Below are positions 40,532 to 53,544 of a stretch of DNA of 64,000 nucleotides, in pieces. How positions within the stretch are numbered: position 1 is the stretch's first letter; each line of letters opens with the position of its first letter. The translations under genes were made by a program, and so were the position numbers. The notes under the pieces were generated by a model that did no database searches, had not been told where the DNA came from, and saw nothing but the letters and a program-made list of their open reading frames with translations. This DNA is from Macrostomum lignano. Taxonomy: Eukaryota. The DNA lies in assembly GCA_002269645.1 (NCBI GenBank), contig NIVC01001111.1:62001-126000 (forward strand), written 5' to 3'.

Positions 40532-42385
40532 CAATGATGGCATTGGAGATTATTCATGACTAATTAAGGGATTAATGCTTATCAATAGTGATGCAACCAA
40601 ACACAAAGTAAAATGCAAATCTGATTCCTAATAAGAAAAAATTATTTTGGATGTCCTATGACCAAGAGCTAAGAAGAACTAAATAAACTGTCTACTGGTC
40701 TGACATGTTTGCTACTAAATTAAGTAACCAATATAAAGTGTAATAGTATAGCCAGTATAAAAAATAGTCAAAAAAGCCCTCTTCTTTTTAAAAATAGCTT
40801 TAGAGAAATTAGTAATAATAAAACAGCATATATTATTAGTGATTTCAAAACATTTTACTACTAATTATAAAACCTTTTAGTATATTACTTGACAAAACCA
40901 AATTATTGTCAACTTTAAAATAAACATGACCAAAACAAAGTAATTATTTTGCATATTTTATGCAATAATGCCATAGATTTCAATGCTATTGTATGCCAGC
41001 CACAAGCTATAACAAGTATAGCTAAGAATTGTATAGTAATGATTTTTGCTAAAAAGTTAAATTTCCTGATTCTCCTAATCATTCTAGCTAAAGCTTATAT
41101 ATGCAATTATTTTCTAGTATTTACTTATGTGTTATATCTTTTATAATATAGACCACTTGCTTTCATTTTCTATGAATTCTAGAATTTTAACAAGCCATTA
41201 CTATAAAAAGATAACAAAGTTTATCATGATGGTCATGCTTATAATTAGTATAATATATCCAGTGAATCTGGCAGCAAGAAAATCTAGCAATAGTCAATTT
41301 GGCAATAGTCAATGTAGCAACAAGGTATAATAGATTTAATTAGCTATCTAATCAACTATTTAGCATTTATATCCTAGATTATTAGAGCTATACTATTATT
41401 TTTTTTAATATTATTTAATTTTTCAAATGTTTATCTATATAGAATTTGTTAAACTTAATGGAATAGTTGACTATATATTACCTTCTATATTTTATAGACT
41501 ATTTATATACATAGAAATTGCAATGTAACTAGCAATTTTTTGAATCTTTGATTTTCAAATATTGTTAAAAAACTTTTAATCATTAATTGCTTAGAAACTT
41601 TTATATATTTGTATAGTTTATGTGTAGCAACAAAATAAATGAATATGAGTTCCAATTTATATAGGACATATAGACATTAAATATTTGCATTATGTAATAA
41701 ATTGCTTTACTATATTTTTACTTAAAAGGTAAAATTAAATTATTAGGCCCTACAGTAATTTTATTTAATTGAGATTGTTGATTTATATATCCTAGATTTA
41801 AACAAGAGTACTATATGCATACAGTATAAAATATTAGATGCAATTATAAAATCTGTAATCTATAAAAAATATATTTCTATATTGCCTATTGCTGCTTTGA
41901 TTGCTGGATTGTGATCTATAAAAATCAATCTTTTTAGATCTATGAAAAGTAAAAAGGGCTTATTTTTATATATAGCCCAATTTTATTTCTTTCTTTGAAA
42001 AAATAATTTCCTTTTCTTTTAAATATTTGCTTATTTTATGCAATTTTCTTATGTTGTAGTGTTATTATTTATTTGCAAAGTCAAATAAACTTTTTTTAAA
42101 TTAAAAATTGTCTTTTGTATGCATATTGGCTAGTTATAAGACCCTAACCTAACTAAAATTCATTTTTACTAGGCCCTTAGCTAGATGCCTAGATAAAACA
42201 AACAAGAGCATAGGGAATTTGTTATATAATACCAAAGCTTTGTCTATTTCATTTTATGATGCCCCTTGGCTTGGTATTCAATAGACTTTTTAATGTTCAA
42301 AAAGTAAGAAAAAGGTAGGTTTTAAATCTAGTTTAGTTAGTCAAGTGGATCATGAAAAAATGTTATATTGTTATTGACATAGTAT

Positions 42386-42589
42386 CAGGCACTGCGGAAG
42401 GAGTTTTTGCCAGGGGGGGGGCAGGACCAAGTTTCCAAAACTCAAGCCCAGACCCTGTCTTGGACAATGACCAAAAATTTGAGCAAAATTATGCTGTTGA
42501 ACAGTATTTGAGGGGGGGGGGCAATGCCCCCCCCAACTCAATGTCAGGGGGGCAGCTGCCCCCCTGCCCCCCCTGTTCTGTGGCGCCTG
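42386..42589. mobile_element. Short hAT-type MITE, 204 bp
   Basis: Ends CAGGCACTGCGGAA / TTCTGTGGCGCCTG; TSD CATAGTAT/CATAGCAT; G/C-run subterminal tracts. Confidence 0.7.
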
Positions 42590-42989
42590 CATAGCATAGA
42601 CTTAATCAATTTTATTTAGGCCTAATGTAAGAAATTTTAGCAATATTGTGAGCATTGAATTTTAAAAATAAAGATAGAATCATCCCAAAGATAAAAGAAT
42701 ATTGTAGGCCTAATATTGTTATCTATCAGTAAGTTTATTGCTTGTTTAGTGGCAAAATAGTTACTAATAACAAAAAAGCTTAAGTCGGGGACAAAACCAT
42801 CTTTTTATTTTATAGCCTAAGGCTAAGCCATCTGGCCATGGCGATCCATCTACCTGGATGGCTGGATTGAACTCTGTATGTCAAGTCAATCAAGCCAAGG
42901 CTATATTAAAACTATGAATCGTCATGGTATTGACTACTGTTGAAAATTTTGTCAGTGTTCTATGCTTTACTTCTTCAAAAAGTTATACT

Positions 42990-43620
42990 ACAATAGCTTT
43001 TACGCTTGAGGACGACGGACGTGGACGGAAGCAATCTGATTAATGCTAAATGCCAAGGCGCGATTTTGCCACATAAGCACAGTTTAAATGCGTGCCATTT
43101 TACATTTTAACTGTATTTATGTAATTATTTTCGCAACGACTTTAGAAGTCTATTTAACTGCATTTGGCCTAGTTATAAAAAGATGTATTAACGTATATAA
43201 CACTGGAGGTTGCGTAAAAGCACAAACTTAATTCGTTTAACCCGTCAGCATTGCTTCAATAAATTTTTCTAACTAATAAAGTCTTGTCAAGCGAGGCGTT
43301 GCAAGACTACTGTCACTGTATTAATTTTTTGAGAACGTACTGTGTTAAACATGACGAGTGACATTTAAGCTTACATTTATATAGTATGAGAAACAAAGAC
43401 CGTGCCGTGAGTCTGGACAAGTTAGAGAAAATATTATACAGTACGCATGCAAGGACAGTGGTATACACTGATATTTTACACTGATAAACTAAGAGGGCGA
43501 TCATTTTCACTACATGTTTAAGTTTACTTCGGCTACTTACTAGGGGGGGGGACTTGGTTTAGATTCATTTACTTATACACGGAATTTCTCGCGATTGGAT
43601 AAATTGCTAGTTTTATAATT
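42990..43620. promoter_or_regulatory. CpG-retaining segment, candidate delta-COP promoter region
   Basis: Abrupt CpG cluster after a nearly CpG-free zone; TCTCGCGA at 43587-43594; no TSS evidence. Confidence 0.35.
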
Positions 43621-44464
43621 TGTTAATGTTCTTTTAACAAAAAGAATAATGTAACCGGCCTACATACATCTAATGAAATCTCTATAAAGTCATAATTAAT
43701 AGGCATGGATTAAGACCGCAGGCGATGTCATCATGCAATTACGTTACCCGATTGTATGTACTAATGTACAGTACATCCATGCATTACGTACAAATTGGTT
43801 TAATTCATATAACAGCTCTTATTCTCTGCGCGCACCTGTGCACTCGCTCATTATTAAATTCGAACTAATTTTCGAATATATGCTAAAAACTACTTGTAAT
43901 TGAGAGCCTAAATAATTTTGCACGTTAAAAGTCGCATTAAGGCGAAGAAAAGAATTGTTTATACTAAAGGACCTGATCGAGCTCTCCAAACTGAGGCAAA
44001 GAGAAACTTACTTTTTCTCACCCCCTGCTGTCCTGTCGCAGAGTCGAATTTGAGGAGCCCATGGTCATTCAGGGGTGGTGGGGGTGAAAGCATTTCGCTT
44101 AGCTTAATATAGGGCTTTGCTTTCATGCTCTGTCGATCCAACGCCTTGAGTGTCCAGAGCATACAAAACACATGCAAGTGAATTGAACTCGTTAACTCGC
44201 GGAGAGCCCGGCACAATTCTCTAAACAGAAAAACTAGAGGGATTTTTACGGATCTGCGGAGGTTCCGGGTGAGTATATTGGCGATCAAGCCAGAGGCTTG
44301 ACATAAACTCTCTTATGGTACAATGGAAAAGTTAAATGCTGCATGATGTGTCTAAATAAGGATTGAAATTTTTAAGATCAGCTCAATAATTGGTTACTTC
44401 ATTTACCACCTTTTGTAAGTTATCGCTACAAGTTCCTAACTTCTTGCAGAAGCAGCGGAGCTGC

Positions 44465-45215
44465 AGTGGAAGGGGCGCCGTAGGGTGTCGGAAGGGAAGG
44501 GGCGCCAGAAGGGAAGGGGTGCCGGAAGGGAAGGGGCGCCGGAAGGGAAGGGTTGCCGGAAGGGAAGGGGTGTCGAAGGGCGTCGGAAGGGAAGGGGCAC
44601 CAGAGGGGAATGGGCACCGGAAGGGAAGGAGCGCCCGAATGGAAGGGGCGCCGGAAGGAGCGCCGGAAGGGAAGGAGAGCCAGAAAGGAAGGAGAGCCAG
44701 AAGAGAAGGAGAGCCAAAAGGGAAGGAGAGCCAGAAGGGAAGGAGAGCCATAAGGGAAGGAGAGCTAGAAGGGAAGGAGAGCCAGAAGGGAAGGAGAGCC
44801 ATAAGGGAAGGAGAGCTAGAAGGGAAGGAGAGCCATAAGGGAGGGAGAGCTAGAAGGGAAGGAGAGCCAGAAGGGAAGGAGAGCCATAAGGGAAGGAGAG
44901 CCAAGGGAAGGAGAGCCATAAGGAAGGAGAGCCATAAGGGAAGGAGAGCCATAAGGAAGGAGAGCCATAAGGGAAGGAGAGCCATAAGGAAGGAGAGCCA
45001 TAAGGGAAGGAGAGCCATAAGGAAGGAGAGCCATAAGGAAGGAGAGCCAGAAGGGAAGGAGAGCCATAAGGGAAGGAGAGCCAGAAGGGAAGGAGAGCCA
45101 TAAGGGAAGGAGAGCCATAAGGGAAGGAGAGCCATAAGGGAAGGAGAGCCAGAAGGGAAGGAGAGCCATAAGGGAAGGAGAGCCAGAATGGAAGGAGCGC
45201 CGGAAGGGAAGCGAC
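44465..45215. repeat. Purine-rich minisatellite (GAAGGGAAGGAGAGCCA-like)
   Basis: Directly visible. Confidence 0.93.
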
Positions 45216-45316
45216 TGTCGGTCTGCACGCATGTACACCAACAAGCAGGATAAATGCTGCATTATTGAGATGATAAGCATTGTAAATCATTAACAACGAT
45301 TCAGCAGAGCAGCAGA

Positions 45317-47961
45317 ATGTCCGACGAAGACAGAGAAATGGCGATGATGTCGGACGAGGCCGACGAAGAAGGCGAAGCCGACCGGCTACTCCAGTTGGCG
45401 GCACTAGGGATGACGGCGCCGAGTGGGTCTGGTAGCGCCGGCGCTCAAGCCAGGGAGAAGCGCATCACCAGATTCGACGTGATCGATCCGCGGAAGCCAC
45501 CGGTCAGCGGAGCCGCGGTGACAGCAGCTCGGAGTCTCTACCGGCTCAAGCAGCCGCACTCGGACTCGAACCTGCGTTGTGCCAGGCGGCTCAAGCAGCT
45601 GCAGGAAACGCAGGAGAGTCGCTCAAGGGAGTCCATCGCTGCTGCCGCTGCTGCTGCCGCGCCCACACTGCGGTTTGAGTTGAGTGACCGGATTTGTGCT
45701 GTTAGTGGGTGGGGTAGTGGGTGGGGTAGTGGGTGGGGTAGGGGGTGGGGTAGGGGTGGGGTAGTGGGTGGGGTAGCGGGTGGGGTAGCGGGAGTGGGTG
45801 GGGTAGTGGGTGGGGTAGCGGGTGAGGTAGTGGGTGGGATAGTGGGTGGGATAGTGGGTGGGGTAGCGGGTGGGGTAGTGGGTGGGATAGTGGGTGGGAT
45901 AGCGGGTGGGGTAGTGGGTGGGATAGTGGGTGGGGTAGCGGGTGGGGTAGTGGGTGGGGTAGCGGGTGGGGTAGTGGGTGGGGTAGTGGGTGGGGTAGTG
46001 GGTGGGATAGTGGGTGGGATAGTGGGTGGGATAGTGGGTGGGATAGTGGGTGGGGTAGTGGGTGGGGTAGCGGGTGGGGTAGCGGGTGGGTAGTGGGTGG
46101 GGTAGTGGGTGGGGTAGTAGATGGGGCAGTGGGTTGGGCAGTGGGTGGGTTATTGGGTGGGTAGTGGGTAGGGTAGTAGTGTAAATAACATCTTTTGGGT
46201 AGTGGGTACCAGCAAAAATGAGCTGCAGGTGTTCAATTAATGGCGGTCATCTCCAGAGGCTCCCAAAAAGGCCTGCCTATACGAGCGTAGTTTAGTGGAG
46301 CCCAATGCCCAATGCTATACAGAGCAAAGCAAGTATACTGCAGCATATTATTGCAATTCCTTTGCAACGGTAGGAATCTACAAAACTTTTCTCTTTGTAC
46401 AGGAAATGCCAGCTAAGCGTTTTAGAGGCTTATAAGCCATACAAATGTCTAGGCAGAAGTTTGGCAAATGTATTCATTATGCAAGTACGGACAGAGTATT
46501 AATGTAATGAATGACTGACACCCCGGGTGTTATGTGGAAGTTTGTTCCGGGTAGAATTTGTTGGATAGCTGCTTTGCTTTGACAGAATTTATTATGCAGA
46601 AGCGTTTCTGCAAAGCGGTGAAATTCAGCGCTGGAATCGTTTATTTCTGATTTAAACAAAATTGTTCATATATTTTCTCTTATTGGGCCAGCTAAGCGTT
46701 AGCTTGAACTCTATCTAAGATAAAAGATTTCGTAATGACTTCCTGGGCACGATATTTTTTTCGTTCAAAGTTGTGCCAATTCGGACCTCTAGAAGTATAG
46801 ATGGACGGGAAACTTTGTTTCTTGGAGAAGTTTAGATTTTTAGCCAATGCAGCCAGCAGGTGTTTTGTCCGAGCTGCGCTCACAAGTTTATCAAGCTGTT
46901 TTTTTCATGAACTGCTGCCGGAGACCGGCAAGCAAGCAAAGTTGCGGCGAGATTCCAGCTGCTCCTGTCTCTGCAGTGTCTCTGCAGGACGGATTTGTCT
47001 ATGGCCAAACCCCACTCAGCGCTGTGCTGAACAGCAGATCTTTAGGTAATCTTTAGGAAACCTTTAGGAAATGTTTAGGAAACTTTTAGGAAATCTTTAG
47101 GAAATTTTAAGGAAATTTTTAGGAAATCTTTAGGAAATGTTTGGGAAACCTTTAGGAAATGTTTAGGAAACTTTTAGGAAATCTTTAGGAAATTTTAAGG
47201 AAATTTTTAGGAAATCTTTAGGAAATTTTTAGGAAATATTTAGGAAACCTTTAGGAAATCTTTAGGAAATCCTTAGGAAATCATTCGGACCCTAACCTAA
47301 AGCTAACCCTACTCTAACTCTAACCCGAACCCCTCCTGCCGGCAGCCAGCAGAGTTCCGAACCGGTGGTGGACGCCCCGGCCTCCCCAGCGATTCAGGGA
47401 CCGTGGGGCGAGGACCTCTGCCAGCTGTGCAAGACCTTCAGGTCCGGCCACCTCAACCTGGACAGCAGCGGCGCCGCTACCGACTCCGGCGTCGGCCTGC
47501 AGCTTGATGACCGGCCTGGCGTCATCCGCTGGCGGAAGCTGCCCTGCCGCTGCCCGGACCGCTACCTGCACGTGACCTGCCTGACCAGCGCATTCTTCGA
47601 CGAGGCCGTCTATTCGCGCGGCCGACGCCGGTTGAACATTCAGTGCGCCGTCTGCGCCGAGAGGTTCGTCGTGACGCACCATCGAGGCCGGCGCTCCTGC
47701 GACAGCGTCGCCTGCACGTCGTTCAGTCGGCACCTACTGCTGGCTGGCGTCACGGCCGGCGCCCTGCTGGGCTTCGGCCTCTGGTCGATGCTGCACCCCA
47801 TCGAGGGCCGCGCTCGCCTGGTCAACTGCGGCATGGTGGCGGCTGGCTGCCTCATCCTGGTGGTCTTCGCCATGTACGAGGTGTGGTTGCTGTACTGCCG
47901 ATACGAGTTCCTCATCAATAGAGTCGATGGCGGTGGAGAAAGAGTCGTGGTCAAGAGTTGA
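45317..47961 (+). CDS. MARCH-like RING-variant (C4HC3) membrane E3 ligase, 323 aa; exons 45317-45672, 47346-47961
   Basis: CQLC...PCRC....HVTC...CAVC followed by two hydrophobic TM segments; phase-2 CG|GT...AG|C join. Confidence 0.75.
45703..46180 (+). repeat. G-rich 12-bp repeat (GGGTGGGGTAGT)n
   Basis: Directly visible; G-runs of 3-4 on the sense strand. Confidence 0.93.
47040..47280. repeat. ~12-bp TTTAGGAAA repeat
   Basis: Directly visible. Confidence 0.9.
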
Positions 47962-48006
47962 CGAGCGTTTGTGTCTGGAGTCTGAGCTTACTGTTCTTGG
48001 ACACTT

Positions 48007-48376
48007 TTATTCGAGGCAGGGGGGTTGTGTGCACCCTGGCGCAATTTAAGCGTCATTGGCACACAACCGGCGAGAGGCATTACTGCCCATTCCGCCGACT
48101 CCCCTGAGCAGGCATACAAGCGCGCGGATACGTTACACAGGCACACACTCACACAGGAGTGTACAGCGGCCCTAACTTTATCAATTGTTAGGCATGTACA
48201 CTTCACTGCGCCTTGGGGGGGGGGGGGGGGTTGGCTCTCAAGGCCGTTAATTGCACAAGCGAGCCAAGCCAATATTCCAATCCAGCCCCAAATTAATGTG
48301 GCTGCACTTGGAATCGAGCCTGGGTCGCGGCACACCAGAGCAGCTGCGCTACCGCTGGGCTACGGCCCCCCTCTTC
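48007..48376 (-). mobile_element. Full-length tRNA-derived SINE, ~370 bp, 13-bp TSD
   Basis: Minus-strand A box TAGCCCAGCGG (48352-48362), B box GGCTCGATTCC (48310-48320); TSD TTCTTGGACACTT at 47994-48006 and 48377-48389; second copy at 8.1-8.3 kb. Confidence 0.88.
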
Positions 48377-48434
48377 TTCTTGGACACTTGTAGCGGACTC
48401 TCTGCTGGCTTCTAATAGTAGTGCAAATCCTTGT

Positions 48435-49210
48435 CTAGTTGTCCTTGTGTCCACCTACCGACCATCCTTGTGTCCACCGACCGACCATCCTTGTGTCCAC
48501 CGACCGTCCATCCTTGTGTCTACCGATCGACCATCCTTGTGTCCACCGACCGTCCATCCTTGTGTCTACCGACCGACCATCCTTGTGTCCACCTTTCCTC
48601 CAATCCTTGCGTCCACCATCCCGCCTATCCTTGTGTCCACCTTCCAGCCTATCCTTGTGTCCACCTCCTCTCCAATCCTTGTGTCCACCTCCCCGCCAAT
48701 CTTTGTGTCCACCATCCCTCCAATCATTGTGTCCACCTCCTCTCCAATCCTTGTGTCCACCTCCCCGCCAATCTTTGTGTCCACCATCCCTCCAATCATT
48801 GTGTCCACTTTCCCCCTAATCCTTGTGTCCACCTCCTCTCCAATCCTTGTGTCTACCTCCCCGCCAATCTTTGTGTCCACTTCCCCCCTAATCCTTGTGT
48901 CCACCTCCTCTCCAATCCTTGTGTCTACCTCCCCGCCAATCTTTGTGTCTACCTCCCCTCCAATCATTGTGTCCACCTCCTCTCCAATCATTGTGTCCAC
49001 CTCCCCGCCAATCTTTGTGTCCACCATCCCCCAATCATTGTGTCCACCTCCTCTCCAATCCTTGTGTCCACCTCCCCGCCAATCTTTGTGTCCACCATCC
49101 CTCCAATCATTGTGTCCACTTTCCCCCTAATCCTTGTGTCCACCTCCTCTCCAATCCTTGTGTCTACCTCCCCGCCAATCTTTGTGTCCACTTTCCCCCT
49201 AATCCTTGTG
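48435..49210. repeat. 24-bp minisatellite CCAATCCTTGTGTCCACCTCCTCT
   Basis: Directly visible. Confidence 0.93.
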
Positions 49211-49501
49211 TGAGCTGTCTGCTTGTCAATTTATCGATGGTATCCGAGTACAAAAAATATGTAGTGAGAACTACTATTTAGTAATATAGTAGTATGTAGT
49301 AGTAACTTCAAGTAAAAATAACATACTTAAAAAACAACACAGAGAGCTGTGGAGTTATTAATATCCAAATAGAATCAAAAAAAATCAGAAATTTTTCCGT
49401 CTCAACTTATTTCCTACTGCTAGTAGTTGGTTCAGACGTTAATTTAAATTAATTCTGAATAAACAGCGCCAATTTTTTCCAGATAAATACAAATTAAAGC
49501 A

Positions 49502-49866
49502 AGGCCTGTAATTGAGGCCTGTAACTGAGGTCTGTAACACTGAGGCCTGTAGCTGAGGCCTGTAACTGAGGTCTGTAACTGAGGTCTGTAACTGAGGCCT
49601 GTAACACTGAGGCCTGTCGCTGAGGTCTGTAACTGAGGACTGTAACTGAGGCCTATAACACTGAGGCCTGTAACTGAGGCCTATAACACTGAGGCCTGTA
49701 ACTGAGGCCTATAACACTGAGGCCTGTAACTGAGGCCTATAACACTGAGGCCTGTAACTGAGGCCTATAACACTGAGGCCTGTAACTGAGGCCTATAACA
49801 CTGAGGCCTGTAACTGAGGCCTATAACACTGAGGCCTGTAACTGAGGCCTGTAACTGAGGCCTGTA
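49502..49866. repeat. 13-15-bp repeat GAGGCCTGTAACT upstream of FoxA
   Basis: Directly visible. Confidence 0.92.
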
Positions 49867-50041
49867 AGTGAGAGAGGGGCCTTTTCATGTGTAAAGTTGG
49901 GAGGGTTCAAGCAGCCCAGACTCTAACAGTCCAAGATCTCGGCCTCATCCAATGCGGCCAGCCAATGAGAAGCGAGTTAGCGTTCTCTAGGGAGAGTCAG
50001 CCTGAGGTAGGTCCCGGTGCCATGCAGCTGTTGGGGGCCAC

Positions 50042-50049
50042 TATAAATA
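50042..50049 (+). promoter_or_regulatory. Candidate TATA box for FoxA
   Basis: TATAAATA about 85 nt upstream of the ATG; CCAAT near 49962. Confidence 0.45.
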
Positions 50050-50133
50050 GAAAGCCGCTCAAAGGCACAGCTGTCAAAGCTTCTCGGATACTTATTGACT
50101 GTCATTACATTCTAGTTTTAAACAAAGCTCAGC

Positions 50134-51024
50134 ATGTCATTGTCTGCAGCACCGGCCAAGCCTCCCTACAGCTACATCAGCCTGATCTGCATGGCCATCG
50201 AACGGTCGCCAGGCAGAATGGTCACTCTGGCCGAAATCTACCAGTTCGTGTCCGGCAATTTCCCCTATTATCGACAGGAGGCTGGGCGGCGGCGCTGGCA
50301 GAACTCCATCCGTCATTCGCTGTCATTCAACGACTGCTTCGTCCGGGTTGGCCGCTCGCCGGCCGCCGAAGGAGGCGGAGGTGGCAAAGGCGCTTATTGG
50401 ACGCTGCATCCGGACAGCGGGAACATGTTCGAGAACGGCTGTTACCTGCGGCGGCAGCGGCGCTTCCGCGACCCCCACAAGGCCAAGGATCGTTCGGACA
50501 CGCCGGCAAAGCCGTCAGAAATTTTCGAGACCCTGTCGACTGCGTCCGGACACTCCGAGGAGAAGCATTCGGACATATTCCGACAGTCAACGGCTCCTCG
50601 GACAGATACGCTGCCGAGCTTCCAGCCGAATTCGAACGAATCCGGACAATTTTCGGACATGTTCGGACACGTCGAAAACAAGTCGGACAGCTTCGATCTA
50701 TTCCATGGCGATGCTGCTGCCGAATTTACCGCGACATCGGCCGGACAGCCTCAGACTCTAGTTCCGGACACATTCGGACAAACTCGGACACCAACGAACG
50801 CGCCGTTGATGGAAAATCTGGAGTCGCCTCAGAGTTCCTCGTGGCTGCAGCCGGGGTACCAGCAGCAGCAGCAGCAGCAGTTGGTGTACGGCGGCTGCTG
50901 CTGCGGAGCCTGCCAGCCGCAGGTTGCCCCAGCCGCAGACTTCTATGGCAACTACTGCTGCTCCTACGGCTACCCGCACTATGCCGACTGCACAGCTGAG
51001 CTGACTGTCGCAACTGGATTCTGA
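50134..51024 (+). CDS. FoxA: FoxA-class forkhead transcription factor, 296 aa, intronless
   Basis: [60 protein letters not shown] is diagnostic of FoxA. Confidence 0.92.
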   Translation: MSLSAAPAKPPYSYISLICMAIERSPGRMVTLAEIYQFVSGNFPYYRQEAGRRRWQNSIRHSLSFNDCFVRVGRSPAAEGGGGGKGAYWTLHPDSGNMFENGCYLRRQRRFRDPHKAKDRSDTPAKPSEIFETLSTASGHSEEKHSDIFRQSTAPRTDTLPSFQPNSNESGQFSDMFGHVENKSDSFDLFHGDAAAEFTATSAGQPQTLVPDTFGQTRTPTNAPLMENLESPQSSSWLQPGYQQQQQQQLVYGGCCCGACQPQVAPAADFYGNYCCSYGYPHYADCTAELTVATGF

Positions 51025-51560
51025 AAACTCTAACTTATAATATCCATAGAGTCTGCATCATGTAGCAACACTTTTGCTTGATTTTTTGCTTCTGTTCTGC
51101 TGCCTTTTTTCGAGCTTTTTATGTTTCATGTGCAAAATTTGCTTAATTTAATGCTGCGCCTGACCAGATGTACTCACATAGTTACTCAAATTTTACCTGT
51201 CAATTATAATATACTCTTAATAAATAATGATACCTGCTCACGATGAGAATAGCTCAGCTCTCAATCAGTTTAATTAAGCTATCGTTGGTGTGAATTAATC
51301 ACCGACTCGGGACACAATGCCATTGGGCCAGCCTGCTCCATCAGTGAATTGCCCATTGTTCTGCCTATTGTGAGCAACTTAGTTAGCCAGAAAAGTGCCA
51401 ATTCAGCCGCTGGCTGACTGGCTGAATGGCATAATTAGCATTATCTATTTGCGAGGACTATCAGAACTGTCAAATCCTGTTCTCATCGCTGCGATCTCAG
51501 AAAATGGAAATAGTCCAGTTTTCTGCTGAGCGTGGAGGGGGTCAATGGCGGCTTTGGGAA

Positions 51561-52266
<706 letters not shown>

Positions 52267-53544
52267 TTATTTTTTATCGATAGCTGCAGCATCCCAGAGC
52301 CACTTGAGAGCATCATCCTGGGCCACCCGAAGCCCACCTATGTGGTGGGCAGGCAGCCACCTGTCTCCTCTCCAGTTGCCGACTGTCTGCGCGGCAACTT
52401 CTCAGCCAGTCAGCGCAAGCAGCCAGTCTGTCAGACAGACAAAGTGAGACAATGAGGCCGCGTTTTGGATGCAGCAAGCAAAGAAGGCGGTATAAAAAAG
52501 CACTGCTAAGCTATAATTGGAATTCGGATCGGAACCATCCCCTTGCGGTGCCAATGCGGAGAGGGGGGCAACGAAAGACGGTTAAAAAAGGCCTCCTCAG
52601 ATGGAGAACCATTTAGTTAGCTATTCGATGCGGTGGTTCTGGGCAAGTTGAATCAAAATGAGAACCAATGAGCAGTGATAGTCAACAACAAAGACTGCGA
52701 ACTTTCGAGTAGGTAAGAGTCCGTGCACTGTTCTAAATATGGTGTGCGGACACAGAAATCTCGATAATAGATGTCTGGATTACATTATCTAGGATTTCAT
52801 GCCTCAGCCGAGCTTCTCGGATGGGGTTGGGTGGGGTCAGCTGTCCCTCTTGACCCCTGGATCCGAAATACACTGTACCTATAAAATTGAAGTATGAAAC
52901 TACCGAAATGCGCCCCATCATAGATGGTTTTCCCATTTCCTAAAGGCTCATGACTTCCTTTTACAAATTTCTCGGGGGAGACGTCACCCGACCTCCCCCC
53001 ACTGACCGTGACCTCAAGCTAGGTAGATTGATCTCGCTCATAGGATTCTGTCAGATGGCAGAGATTTCCATTCCAATGGCAAATATTCGAACTCCGTGGC
53101 GCGGGAGGAGACCGAGCCACAAACTCAAGTGGTTTTTTGCCTGCTTTTTTCTTCCTGGTCGCCTCTCCCCGGGGGTTATCGGGATTCAGCCGGTCATCGT
53201 CTTCGTTAGAAGGGCCGGCCAGGGGGGGGGGAACTCAGCGGACCACCCGTGGCGCCGCGCCTCCGCCCGTGCAGACGGAGCCAAAGAGTTTTTCGTCAGT
53301 CCTTTTTAGCTTTGCCGACAGGCGAACTCGTGGGAGTGGGGAGGGTGGGGTGGGTGCGGGCCGGCCATTGTTGAGACTGCTTGATGAGGCGCGCCTGTCA
53401 AAGTGTTTTGACAGGTCGGGGCTGAGACAGAGAGTATCTTGTTGCTTTGATTTTATGCATCACATGTGGGTCTCACAGCTTTTCCAGCGCGGCTCTTTCC
53501 CGGTTGAAAAAAATACTGGATTAGCCCATTGAAATTGGCCCGCT

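Noticed and set aside
47040-47335. TTTAGG repeats and CCCTAA-like tract as an interstitial telomere
   Set aside because: Units are TTTAGGAAA-type rather than TTAGGG; the tract is short, degenerate and intronic.
48300-48372. tRNA gene
   Set aside because: A and B boxes are present, but it is the head of a TSD-flanked repeat with a second copy, and I could not fold a complete cloverleaf; called as a SINE.
49887-50999. 370-aa alternative-frame ORF overlapping FoxA
   Set aside because: Shadow ORF of GC-rich coding sequence with no recognisable domain.
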